Below, one piece after another: positions 28,136 to 37,355 of a DNA stretch of 64,000 nucleotides; the stretch's first letter is position 1, and every line of letters begins with the position of its first letter. The stretch lies in IMG/VR virus record IMGVR_UViG_3300013108_000188; one strand, given 5' to 3'. The position numbers and the translations under genes were made by a program. Source of the DNA: a virus. The notes beneath the pieces were generated by a model. The model worked only from the letters and a program-made list of their open reading frames with translations, had not been told where the DNA came from and did no database searches.

Positions 28136-29524
28136 CTAATATACTTTGCATTTCTTACCCCATTGTTCTTTTAATATCTCTTTAAATTCAGGTGTTAATG
28201 TAGCTTGAAATTGAGGTTGTCCTGTAAATGAACCTTTATATCTTAATAGCATATTTAAAACATTTAATTTACCTTTTTTAAGATTAAAAAAAACTCTAGC
28301 TCCATCTGATTTTTTATTGGCTGCTTCATCTAACTCCATTACATATTTTGAATTACTTTTATTTAAAGCACTCAATCCACACATTACGGTATATAATCCT
28401 TTTGCTGGTATATGACCTATTTTAGGATTTCTATCTTTATCTATATCTCCTACAGCAGTTATCAAAGAAAAAGCAAAAGTGTGTTCATCTAACTCTTTAT
28501 ATAATTTATGTTTTAAAATTAAATTTAATAAAGCAGCGGCAAACTGCTCACTATACTTGTTTATAACTGGAACCATAGCGGAATAAACAGAATCTTTACT
28601 CGCTACTTTCCTATTGACAAACGCTCTCATACTTATCTTTTCATTTTTCAGTTCGCCAGGTTTAAATTCTCTATATTTTTTATTTGATTTATCAAAAATT
28701 TGAAAAACATTTGGGTCTGTTTGTTTGGTTGGGTTTATTAAATCAATATCACCTTTACCTTTTATGTTTATTAAGAACATTGGATCTTTAGATTTAAATA
28801 CATTTTTAACATTTCCTGACAACTTAATTTTCATAAGTTGCTCATCATTAGCAGGTAAAGTACCTTTTTTAATTTTTAGATATTTTGCTTTTACTGCTTC
28901 TCTAACAATCCTAGCAAAATACTTTGTTCTTGCCTGTTCAACTTGCTTTTTAATTTGAGCCATTGTTTTTAATTCTTTAGGAGAATCAGATTGTAGTACA
29001 CTATCAAATGCTTTGTTAATTAAAGGAGGATCCCCACTTGTTACCAATGGTTTTTTCTTTAACGAAACTCCATAAAAGGATAGTCCTTTAGGATTTCTCC
29101 ATTGAATAATTAAATCGGATGAGTTGTAAGATTGAAATCCATATGCCGCTATTTGAAATTTTTTAACTTCTTCAGGCCAACTATCTCCTGTTAAGAAAAC
29201 TTTTATAGGAATTTGTGAAGCAGTAATAGGTGTACCAGATTCCCTTGACCTTACTGGTGCCCATTCTCTAATAGAATTGGCAGCAGAAATGCCTTGAGCA
29301 GCTGCTATTAAAAAATCTTTATCATTAATATCAAATGCTTTTAAAAATTTGTCTTTTGTACCATCGGCATAGACAACTTTATTACTTTTAGCTATCTTTT
29401 CACCTTCTTTTAGAAATTTTATTAATCCGTTAGCGTCTTTAGAATATTTGAGTAAGTCGCTAGGACTCATTAACATCGCTACGGATGCCATTATTTCTGA
29501 TGGTTCTACTCCAATTTTTGCCAT
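28136..29524 (-). CDS. Hypothetical protein, possible PD-(D/E)XK-like nuclease
   Basis: SSDLII...GVSLKK pattern; late promoter upstream. Confidence 0.45.
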   Translation of the reverse strand: MAKIGVEPSEIMASVAMLMSPSDLLKYSKDANGLIKFLKEGEKIAKSNKVVYADGTKDKFLKAFDINDKDFLIAAAQGISAANSIREWAPVRSRESGTPITASQIPIKVFLTGDSWPEEVKKFQIAAYGFQSYNSSDLIIQWRNPKGLSFYGVSLKKKPLVTSGDPPLINKAFDSVLQSDSPKELKTMAQIKKQVEQARTKYFARIVREAVKAKYLKIKKGTLPANDEQLMKIKLSGNVKNVFKSKDPMFLINIKGKGDIDLINPTKQTDPNVFQIFDKSNKKYREFKPGELKNEKISMRAFVNRKVASKDSVYSAMVPVINKYSEQFAAALLNLILKHKLYKELDEHTFAFSLITAVGDIDKDRNPKIGHIPAKGLYTVMCGLSALNKSNSKYVMELDEAANKKSDGARVFFNLKKGKLNVLNMLLRYKGSFTGQPQFQATLTPEFKEILKEQWGKKCKVY

Positions 29525-29543
29525 ATATTGTTTCTCCTAACAA

Positions 29544-29551
29544 TATTTATA
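29544..29551 (-). promoter_or_regulatory. T4-type late promoter TATAAATA
   Basis: Exact motif immediately after the tRNA CCA end. Confidence 0.7.
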
Positions 29552-29627
29552 TGGTGCCCTTTACTGGACTTGAACCAATAACCTACTGATTACAAATCAG
29601 TTGCTCTACCAATTGAGCTAAAAGGGC
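29552..29627 (-). tRNA. tRNA-Thr(UGU)
   Basis: GCCCTTTTAGCTCAATTGGTAGAGCAACTGATTTGTAATCAGTAGGTTATTGGTTCAAGTCCAGTAAAGGGCACCA: 76-nt cloverleaf with encoded CCA. Confidence 0.95.
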
Positions 29628-29636
29628 AGAAAGGAC

Positions 29637-29894
29637 TTATTGAACATCACAAAGAAAGTGTGGAATACCTCCATTAGGTTCCCATACTCTATGTTTATTT
29701 TGAAATCTAACTAACGCTCTAGCGTCTTTCTCAAAAAAGAAATCTTTTACAATAACATTGGTTGGTTTCTCGGTTACTCTCCAATATATTTTTCCTTTTT
29801 TCTTCACCATACTTTTAATATAATGTAGTTTTTCACCTTTTTCTAAAGGTCTGGATTGTATTTGTTTAAGAGGTTTGTTGTTTCGTCTAGGCAT
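29637..29894 (-). CDS. Hypothetical protein
   Basis: Likely start MPRRNN after the gp41 stop. Confidence 0.6.
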   Translation of the reverse strand: MPRRNNKPLKQIQSRPLEKGEKLHYIKSMVKKKGKIYWRVTEKPTNVIVKDFFFEKDARALVRFQNKHRVWEPNGGIPHFLCDVQ

Positions 29895-29895
29895 A

Positions 29896-31260
29896 TTAAA
29901 CTTTGAAGTCAGAAAATTTATCGTACGGATCCACTTCAACTTTTTTCTCCTGGTTGGCGTCTACTATGTTTTGTGCTTTTTGTTCTACATCATACAATCT
30001 CATCTTACTTCTATCAACGCCGATGATAAAACTACGATTAATTGCTGGGTCGCTATATCTATTCTTTAATTGCTTAACCTTCATCTGATTTAATGCGTCT
30101 AGTTCTTCACTAGACATTAAAGCAAACATAAAGTCAGCAGTAGCAGGTAGACCAAAACTTTCTGAAGTATCTTCTAAACCTATGTCTGTTGATACGAAAC
30201 CAGACCTTGTTGTTTGTGTTGCTGTAAATATAGGTAATTTAAACTCAACAGCAAGACCTCTTAATTCTTCTGCGATTGCTTTGATATAGAAATAAGATGA
30301 TATATTACCACCTTTAAATCTACTTGAAGCACATATATTTAAATAATCTATAAACAATACATCTGGTTTAAAACTTTTCTTTAATGCAAGTTCATTTAAT
30401 AATGCTTTGAAGTGTCCACTATGAGCAGACGCTGTTGGATATTCTTTAATAATTAATTTACCAGGACCTCTTTTCTTTAATCTTTCTATTCGGTCATCGT
30501 ACATCTGTTTAGGTAATGCGTGTAAATCATCGGTGGTTACATCTAATAAGTTTGCGTCTATTCTTTCAGCAATTCTTTCTTCTGCCATTTCTAAAGTAAT
30601 GTATAAAACATTTTTACCTTCTAGCAAACTTGAAGAAGCAAGGTGACACATAAACAAAGATTTACCTACACCTGTTCCTGCAAGACAAACATTAAGAGTC
30701 TTCTGTGGAACACCACCTTTAGTTATTCTATTAAAATATTGTAAGTCAAATGGTAATCTTAATTCTTTACGATGGTAATAATCAAATCTGTCATCTGCAT
30801 CCCCAATATAATCGTGCCCGATATGATTATCAAAAGACACAGCAAGAGCTTCAGATAAAATTGAAGGAATGGCCTCTGGAGTTCTTTTCTTGTCTTTTCC
30901 ATCCAAGATTTTAATGCCGTTAAGTACTGCATTGTTAACCGCCTTATCTTTACAGAATCGCTCCGTAGTGTCAAACAACCATTGTATATCATTTTCACTC
31001 GGAGTTAATCCATTAATTGTTGTCTTAATAGCTTTGTATTCTTCCTCGTTAATATCTTTGCGATTGTTTAATTCTATTATCAAGGTCTCTTTGGTCGGAA
31101 GATTATTATATTTATTTACAAAATCTTCTATACAAGCAAATATAATTTTGTCAGACCTTGTACCAAAGTATTCATCTTTTAAAAATGGTAATACTTTTCT
31201 AGTATATTCTTCATTGAATATTAAATTTGTTAATATTGTGTCTTCAATTCTATTTGTCAT
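29896..31260 (-). CDS. gp41: T4 gp41-like replicative helicase
   Basis: AGTGVGKS, ITLEMAEE, IKEYPT, IDYLNI, SESFGLPATAD, KQLKNRY. Confidence 0.96.
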   Translation of the reverse strand: MTNRIEDTILTNLIFNEEYTRKVLPFLKDEYFGTRSDKIIFACIEDFVNKYNNLPTKETLIIELNNRKDINEEEYKAIKTTINGLTPSENDIQWLFDTTERFCKDKAVNNAVLNGIKILDGKDKKRTPEAIPSILSEALAVSFDNHIGHDYIGDADDRFDYYHRKELRLPFDLQYFNRITKGGVPQKTLNVCLAGTGVGKSLFMCHLASSSLLEGKNVLYITLEMAEERIAERIDANLLDVTTDDLHALPKQMYDDRIERLKKRGPGKLIIKEYPTASAHSGHFKALLNELALKKSFKPDVLFIDYLNICASSRFKGGNISSYFYIKAIAEELRGLAVEFKLPIFTATQTTRSGFVSTDIGLEDTSESFGLPATADFMFALMSSEELDALNQMKVKQLKNRYSDPAINRSFIIGVDRSKMRLYDVEQKAQNIVDANQEKKVEVDPYDKFSDFKV

Positions 31261-31567
31261 CTAATAATGTTCCGTTTTTCAGTTTTTCTTCCATAATCTC
31301 TATCAGTATATCACCAATATAATTTATAAAACCTGGTTGGTCTAAATCTAAATCTAGTTCTTCTGGTTTCTTTAATAAAGTCCATTCAAATTGCAATGGC
31401 ATTTTGCCATTGTCTAATGGTTCCTTACTAAATTGTACCTTACCATATCTGTAAATAACATCTTTGTATTTACCTTCAACGATTTTTATACAACTAAAAT
31501 CGTCTCCAGGTCTTTGAGCAAAGGTGTATCTTTTATCCGTAGAGGAATTGTTTTTTTGCTTGTTCAT
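31250..31567 (-). CDS. Hypothetical protein (gp40 position)
   Basis: Lies between uvsX and gp41. Confidence 0.6.
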   Translation of the reverse strand: MNKQKNNSSTDKRYTFAQRPGDDFSCIKIVEGKYKDVIYRYGKVQFSKEPLDNGKMPLQFEWTLLKKPEELDLDLDQPGFINYIGDILIEIMEEKLKNGTLLDDK

Positions 31568-32549
31568 CTATCTTGTCTAATACTTCTTTTGTAAAATACT
31601 TTTCAGGATTATCATTGATTGCTTTACCAAATACTTTAGTTCCGTCTGGCATTTCATACCTAGTGGATACTTTTTTAAATATACCTGCTTCTTCAGCAAT
31701 AGCTACAAGTCCGTAATACTTATCTAAACCTTTTTGATAAGTTAACATTACATCAATCATAGCATTTTCTTTTGTTAATCTACTTTTATAATTTTTACAA
31801 TGAATAATATTACCGACAACTTCCGTGCCGTCTTTCACTTTTCTTTTTCCAAGATAAATTATTGATGAGGCAGCGTATTTAAGACCACTTCCGCCACCCA
31901 TTTCTTTTTGTGGGAACATTGAACCTATTACATCGTAAGTATGATTGGTCATAATCATAGGTATATTTGCTTTACCTAGTTTCAATGTTAATACTCTAAA
32001 GGTTGACTTCACTATTTGAGACCTTGTCATATCTCTAGTCTCTTTACCTTCTGCTGTATCTGTCATTTCTTTAGTTGTGGATAACATACCCAAACTATCT
32101 AATACAAACATTATAGGTTTTCTTTTGTCTTCTGGACTCTCCAGATACTTGTCAACTATTTTAATTGATTGTGTTCTAAATTCTTGTACGGTTGAAACTG
32201 GTACTACTACAAATCTTTTACTATCAATACCTCTATCTTCAATCATATTTTTAGATACAGCACTTTCACTTTCAAAGTAGATAACTCCTGCGTCTTTGTT
32301 ATCATCTAAAAAGTGTTTGCATATTCCTAATGCAAAGAAAGTTTTACCTGTAGCGGCCTCACCTGCAATAGCAGTTATTTTATTACCAGGCATTCCGCCA
32401 TATATACTTCCTGATAATAGAGCATTAAGAGAATAGCAACCTGTATCAACAAAACTTGATACATCGCCAGCGTCAACTCCTTCACTTGCTAATGTGGCAT
32501 ATTCGTTGCCAGTTTCTTTTATAATGTCTTTTAAAAAATCATTTGTCAT
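31533..32549 (-). CDS. uvsX: UvsX RecA-like recombinase
   Basis: [32 protein letters not shown]. Confidence 0.95.
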   Translation of the reverse strand: MTNDFLKDIIKETGNEYATLASEGVDAGDVSSFVDTGCYSLNALLSGSIYGGMPGNKITAIAGEAATGKTFFALGICKHFLDDNKDAGVIYFESESAVSKNMIEDRGIDSKRFVVVPVSTVQEFRTQSIKIVDKYLESPEDKRKPIMFVLDSLGMLSTTKEMTDTAEGKETRDMTRSQIVKSTFRVLTLKLGKANIPMIMTNHTYDVIGSMFPQKEMGGGSGLKYAASSIIYLGKRKVKDGTEVVGNIIHCKNYKSRLTKENAMIDVMLTYQKGLDKYYGLVAIAEEAGIFKKVSTRYEMPDGTKVFGKAINDNPEKYFTKEVLDKIDEQAKKQFLYG

Positions 32550-32558
32550 ATTTTCTCC

Positions 32559-32587
32559 ATACTATCATATTATTAATTAGTTGTCAA
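32559..32587 (-). promoter_or_regulatory. Sigma70-type promoter for uvsX
   Basis: TTGACA-N17-TAGTAT with extended -10 TG. Confidence 0.7.
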
Positions 32588-32903
32588 CAGCCAACTTCTT
32601 TCTGGTGAACATATTGAAATTAGATAGGTTTGTATATACTTCACCTTCTATTCTCAACGATTCATCTTTTGGTACCCAATCTTTTGGTGGGTCTTCGTAC
32701 TCCTCTGGTCTGATTTTATCCCATAGGTGTACTTTAAATTCGGGTAGTGATACTGGTCCAAATTGGTCATAGATACGACCTTCAAAGTTCATTGCCATAT
32801 CCATAACTTGTTCTCTATTATAGGCAACTTTTCTTTGATAATCATAATAAGGTTTTAAATCTTCGTAATCTTTTTTGTTTATGGCCATTCCTTTTCCTAA
32901 CAT
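32577..32903 (-). CDS. Hypothetical protein
   Basis: ORF track; co-oriented with neighbours. Confidence 0.55.
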   Translation of the reverse strand: MLGKGMAINKKDYEDLKPYYDYQRKVAYNREQVMDMAMNFEGRIYDQFGPVSLPEFKVHLWDKIRPEEYEDPPKDWVPKDESLRIEGEVYTNLSNFNMFTRKKLAVDN

Positions 32904-34141
32904 AAGAAATTCTCCAATGTCGCTTTTCTGCTTGACGCAAAGAAATCATAATCTTTTGGTCCGAAACACCATACATTTTCTATATATGTTTTGGACATAA
33001 AGTCAGCTTTTTCTCTATCATCTTTAAAAAGTTTATCGCTTTTAGGTCGTTGCATAATTCTCATACCGATTTGACCTAGAAACTTATCTCTATGTTTATT
33101 TATTAATTCATCACTTGACCTGTATCTAACATTTTTAACTTTAGGGTCCATAATATTAACTAACATAAACTTACTTTTACTTAATGTTTTTTCTGCAACT
33201 GGTAAATAGAAATCGTCTCTCCATCTTTCATATTCATTAAACTTAAACCAAGATTGATTTTCTTCTTTCTCTCCACCTTTGTTATATTCTTCTGTACTGA
33301 AATAAGGTGGACTTGTAAATGCACAATCTATATCTGGTAGTTCATTATAAGGTAAATCTTCTGCACCACAATTCCATATCTTAACTTTTTTGTTAGGAAA
33401 GATTTTACTATATTCTTCTATCTGTTTATGATATTGTTTATATGTGTTTGGGTTTGGGTCACAACCATAATATTCTGTTGCACTACTAGAAAAGAAACCA
33501 GCAAGTCTATCTCCCCAACCACAACTGGTATCTAATACGGTGTTCGCTTTTGTCATATCATATATTGTTTTAGCAACAAGTGGTTTAAATTGTGTTGCAA
33601 TATATGTACCTAATCTTATTGCTTCTCTATAACTTTTACCTGATAAATCTTTACTACTATTTACACCTCTCCATAATGCACCTAAAATTTTCCATATATC
33701 TTTTGCACTACCTTTTGTCCAAACATCAATTGGTGCTCTAAAACTATAACTTGAACAATTTAATCTTAAATGTTGATGAAAATAATTACTGCACTTATTA
33801 TAATAAGCAGGTGCGTCTATAATACCTAAACCATATTTTGAATATGGATGTTCATAGTCATCATATTTTTCACCTACAATTTTATCTGATTGGTCTTTAG
33901 GTGTACATATTTTACTTGTATCAAAATTACTTAATTGTATAATATTGTCTTTCATTTCCTGATATGAAATATTATTTAAAGGAAACTTTGGTCTGTAAGT
34001 AGCAATATATTCTGATAGTACTTCTCTAAATCTTTCCTTACCTAATTTTTCAGTCCATCTTTTAAACTGAATAGAATCCATAATAGGTAGACCATCTTCA
34101 TTAGCAAAATCTTTTAAATCCATCGTATATAAATCCATCAC
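32897..34141 (-). CDS. Amino-DNA methyltransferase (N4-C/N6-A)
   Basis: LDTSCGWGDR (SAM-binding), GCDPN, FTSPPYF. Confidence 0.8.
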   Translation of the reverse strand: MMDLYTMDLKDFANEDGLPIMDSIQFKRWTEKLGKERFREVLSEYIATYRPKFPLNNISYQEMKDNIIQLSNFDTSKICTPKDQSDKIVGEKYDDYEHPYSKYGLGIIDAPAYYNKCSNYFHQHLRLNCSSYSFRAPIDVWTKGSAKDIWKILGALWRGVNSSKDLSGKSYREAIRLGTYIATQFKPLVAKTIYDMTKANTVLDTSCGWGDRLAGFFSSSATEYYGCDPNPNTYKQYHKQIEEYSKIFPNKKVKIWNCGAEDLPYNELPDIDCAFTSPPYFSTEEYNKGGEKEENQSWFKFNEYERWRDDFYLPVAEKTLSKSKFMLVNIMDPKVKNVRYRSSDELINKHRDKFLGQIGMRIMQRPKSDKLFKDDREKADFMSKTYIENVWCFGPKDYDFFASSRKATLENFLC

Positions 34142-34220
34142 TTTTCTTTAAGGTTTAGGGTCTTCATTGTTCCACATAATTAATAATGATATAGGTACTA
34201 CATATATCAAAGTTGTCAGT

Positions 34221-34249
34221 ATTATACTATAAAAAATTAACATAGTCAA
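34221..34249 (-). promoter_or_regulatory. Sigma70-type promoter
   Basis: TTGACT-N17-TATAAT. Confidence 0.75.
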
Positions 34250-34254
34250 GCATC

Positions 34255-34587
34255 CTAGATGTTTTCAAATTCCTCCAAGTGTAAATCTATTCCTATAAGT
34301 TCATCTGGTTTACCTTTAGGATAACTCGGCCATACTTTAAATTCTTCTCCTGTTGTATCACTCTTACAACCTGCAACTAACCAATCCCATTTAAAATCTC
34401 CATCTATAACAAACTCGTTCATCACTTCATATCTTCCATCAGGTTTTTGTTTAAGTAATTCTTCTTTACACTCGTCCATTGTTTTAAACCAACCTTGCAT
34501 TTGAAAAGTTTGTTGTGTATCTATTGGACTATGACCAATTAGATATGCTAATATTAATATTTTAAAATCAGCCATTGTACCTTTCAT
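34255..34587 (-). CDS. Hypothetical protein
   Basis: ORF track; hydrophobic N-terminus and two Cys. Confidence 0.55.
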   Translation of the reverse strand: MKGTMADFKILILAYLIGHSPIDTQQTFQMQGWFKTMDECKEELLKQKPDGRYEVMNEFVIDGDFKWDWLVAGCKSDTTGEEFKVWPSYPKGKPDELIGIDLHLEEFENI

Positions 34588-35617
34588 ATACTTTGTTGAT
34601 TACATTATTTGCTCTAACGAAACTTGCACATTTAGGTATATCTTTTAATCTTCTTGCACCAATATATGTACAAGCACTTCTAACTCCACCTAATATATCT
34701 TCAACGGTTTCTGAAACTGGTCCTCTATCAGGTAATATAACTAATCGTCCTTCATTACCTCTATAACCATCTTTTCTTTTTCCGTGTATCTCTCTTGCTC
34801 TATCAGAAGACATACCATAAAATTCTCTTTTGCCATCTTTTACTTGCACTTCACTTTCATTATGTCCTGCTAACATACCACCTAACATTATAAAGTGAGC
34901 ACCTGCTCCAAATGCCTTTGCTAAATCTCCTGGCATTGTACAACCACCATCAGCAACTATATGTCCACCAACACCATTAGCGGCGTCAGCACATTCCATT
35001 ACTGCACTAAATTGAGGTACACCTACACCTGCCATAGTTCTTGTCGTACATACACTACCAGGACCAATACCTACTTTAACTACATCTGCACCTCTTATAA
35101 TTAGTTCTTCTGTCATTTCTGCTGTAACCACATTACCAGCGATGATAGTTTTATCTGGATATTCGTCTCTAACTCTTGCTATAAAATCTGAAAAATTTGT
35201 ATGATAACCATTTGCGACATCTATTGTAATAAACTTAACATCTGGAAAACTCTTTAATACTTTTTGCATTGTATTATAGTCTTCTGCTTCATCTGTCCAT
35301 AGTTTATTTGTACCTGAACATACTGATAGATACTTTAATTTAATTCCACTACCAACTGCTTGTTGCCACTCGCCTAATGTTGTTGTCTTTGTAATAGTAG
35401 TCATCATCTTATAATTCTGTAAGACTTTCGCCATACTAAATGTTCCTACTCCGTCCATATTAGAAGCAATAATAGGACAACACTTATATGTTTCTCCACT
35501 ATGTCTAAATTTAAACTCTCTAGTCATATCTACATCACGCCTAGATGATAATGTAGACCTTTTAGGTTTTAATAATACATCTTCATAATTTAATTTTATT
35601 TCAGGTTCTATTCTCAT
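34568..35617 (-). CDS. guaC: GMP reductase
   Basis: [52 protein letters not shown]. Confidence 0.92.
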   Translation of the reverse strand: MRIEPEIKLNYEDVLLKPKRSTLSSRRDVDMTREFKFRHSGETYKCCPIIASNMDGVGTFSMAKVLQNYKMMTTITKTTTLGEWQQAVGSGIKLKYLSVCSGTNKLWTDEAEDYNTMQKVLKSFPDVKFITIDVANGYHTNFSDFIARVRDEYPDKTIIAGNVVTAEMTEELIIRGADVVKVGIGPGSVCTTRTMAGVGVPQFSAVMECADAANGVGGHIVADGGCTMPGDLAKAFGAGAHFIMLGGMLAGHNESEVQVKDGKREFYGMSSDRAREIHGKRKDGYRGNEGRLVILPDRGPVSETVEDILGGVRSACTYIGARRLKDIPKCASFVRANNVINKVYERYNG

Positions 35618-35687
35618 TTCTTTTTCCTCTTAACTAACCAAGTAATTATACCAGACAAAAAAGCAAATAAAGCACCAATGCCTAATC

Positions 35688-36776
35688 TCATATTCCTAAT
35701 CTTCCATATTTAGATAATCTTTTATTAATGTCTTTGATATAGTTCTTTTCTCTTTCTATTAAATAATATTCTTTATTCTCTAATATACACGCTTCACCAG
35801 TAGTACCTGTACCAGCAAAAGGGTCTAATACTAATCCATCTTTTGGTGTAGCTAATCTAATTAAGTATCTCATTAATGCAATAGGTTTAACCGTTGGATG
35901 TTTTGTATCTTCTTTTTCTTTTTTACTTGCCTTTGCACTATAGAAATATCTTGCAACAGAACCTTCATCTTTAATTTGAGGTCCTGATTCTAAATATTCT
36001 TCTTTTGCTGATTGTTGTCCACCAATATCTTTACCCATATTACCATAACCAGTAACCTTAACTTTTGGCCAATGACCTGTTGTCTTCTGATTTGGAAACG
36101 ATTCTATTACTTCATCTGAACCATCGTGTATTACATTAGCAGGATAACGACCTTTATCACTTGTCTTAATATCTTTACCTTCAAATTTTCCATAGTCGTT
36201 CTTTGCCATCTTATCTGTTTTAAAAATTCCTTTGCCACCTAATCTTTTATCATCACCATCAACTAATCCTATTCTGCAATCATCTATATTCAAACTAGGA
36301 TTAACTCCTTTTCTTGCCATAACAATAGGTTCGTGTGCTGGTTTTAAATAGTTTTTTCTTTTAGGAAAACCACTACCATATATCCAATTAATCATATCAA
36401 ATATTTCAAACCCAGCGTCTTCTACTGCAACTCCCATTCTATGATAATTTCTAGGAGCGGCAAACGCTAATAGTACTGCACCTGGTTTTATAACTCTATA
36501 TACTTCTTTCCAGAAATCTTTATTAAATGCAATGTCACCACCATCCCAAGTCTGTCCCATAAAACCTTTTGCCGTATTATGATAAGGACCATTTCGTCCT
36601 TCTTTTGTATCTCGGTTATTGATAGCTTTCTGACCAGGTCCAAATCGTTTAACAATGGAAGCTAAATGATATGGTGGGTCTGTAACCACACTATCAAATT
36701 TATTATCTTCTAGTGTTTTTAAATGTTCTAAACTATCTGCATTAATAACAAACGACATACCACTTAATTCCTTCAT
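35688..36776 (-). CDS. Beta-class N4/N6 DNA methyltransferase
   Basis: VTDPPY, GSGFPK, HPTVKP, LDPFAGTGTT. Confidence 0.9.
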   Translation of the reverse strand: MKELSGMSFVINADSLEHLKTLEDNKFDSVVTDPPYHLASIVKRFGPGQKAINNRDTKEGRNGPYHNTAKGFMGQTWDGGDIAFNKDFWKEVYRVIKPGAVLLAFAAPRNYHRMGVAVEDAGFEIFDMINWIYGSGFPKRKNYLKPAHEPIVMARKGVNPSLNIDDCRIGLVDGDDKRLGGKGIFKTDKMAKNDYGKFEGKDIKTSDKGRYPANVIHDGSDEVIESFPNQKTTGHWPKVKVTGYGNMGKDIGGQQSAKEEYLESGPQIKDEGSVARYFYSAKASKKEKEDTKHPTVKPIALMRYLIRLATPKDGLVLDPFAGTGTTGEACILENKEYYLIEREKNYIKDINKRLSKYGRLGI

Positions 36777-36866
36777 CTTTTAAAAATTGTTCTATCTTTG
36801 GCCATTGACTTGCTGGAAAATCGTGTATCAATTGTTCCTGACCTGCATTTCTGTATATCACTAATC

Positions 36867-37355
36867 TCATTTTGTAAGTTCATATTCAAAATTTTGTGTC
36901 TCTTTGTTTATACTAATTTGTTTTGCACCATTTCTAATATGATAATGTGTTGCCATTGGTGTTAATGGCGATAAGGTAACTAATCTTTTAATCTTATTCT
37001 TTTTAGCCCACTCTATTACCTTTTTCATAATCTCTTTACCTGCACCTCTCTTACGAGACCATACCGTATATGCAATAGCATTATTCTTTTCATTTTTTAT
37101 ATCTGCAAGTTCACTCATCATATCTAATTCTTTTATATTGTGAGGAATATCGTTTGTAAATGCAACACAAATAATACCTTCAATCTCATCTTCATATTTT
37201 AATCCATATATCTTTCTACCTTTAGTTATTCTCCAACCTAAAGTTAGTTCAGGTCTTACAGGATCCTCCTCAACATCTATGTCATCTAGTTCAACTAGTT
37301 CAGTTCCTTTAACCCACTTATAAAAGTTTTTAAATTTATCTTTAAATAATTCCAT
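36867..37355 (-). CDS. Hypothetical protein, GNAT-like
   Basis: YTVWS.KRGAGK acetyl-CoA-loop-like motif; TLSP..MA..H..NGA. Confidence 0.55.
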   Translation of the reverse strand: MELFKDKFKNFYKWVKGTELVELDDIDVEEDPVRPELTLGWRITKGRKIYGLKYEDEIEGIICVAFTNDIPHNIKELDMMSELADIKNEKNNAIAYTVWSRKRGAGKEIMKKVIEWAKKNKIKRLVTLSPLTPMATHYHIRNGAKQISINKETQNFEYELTK

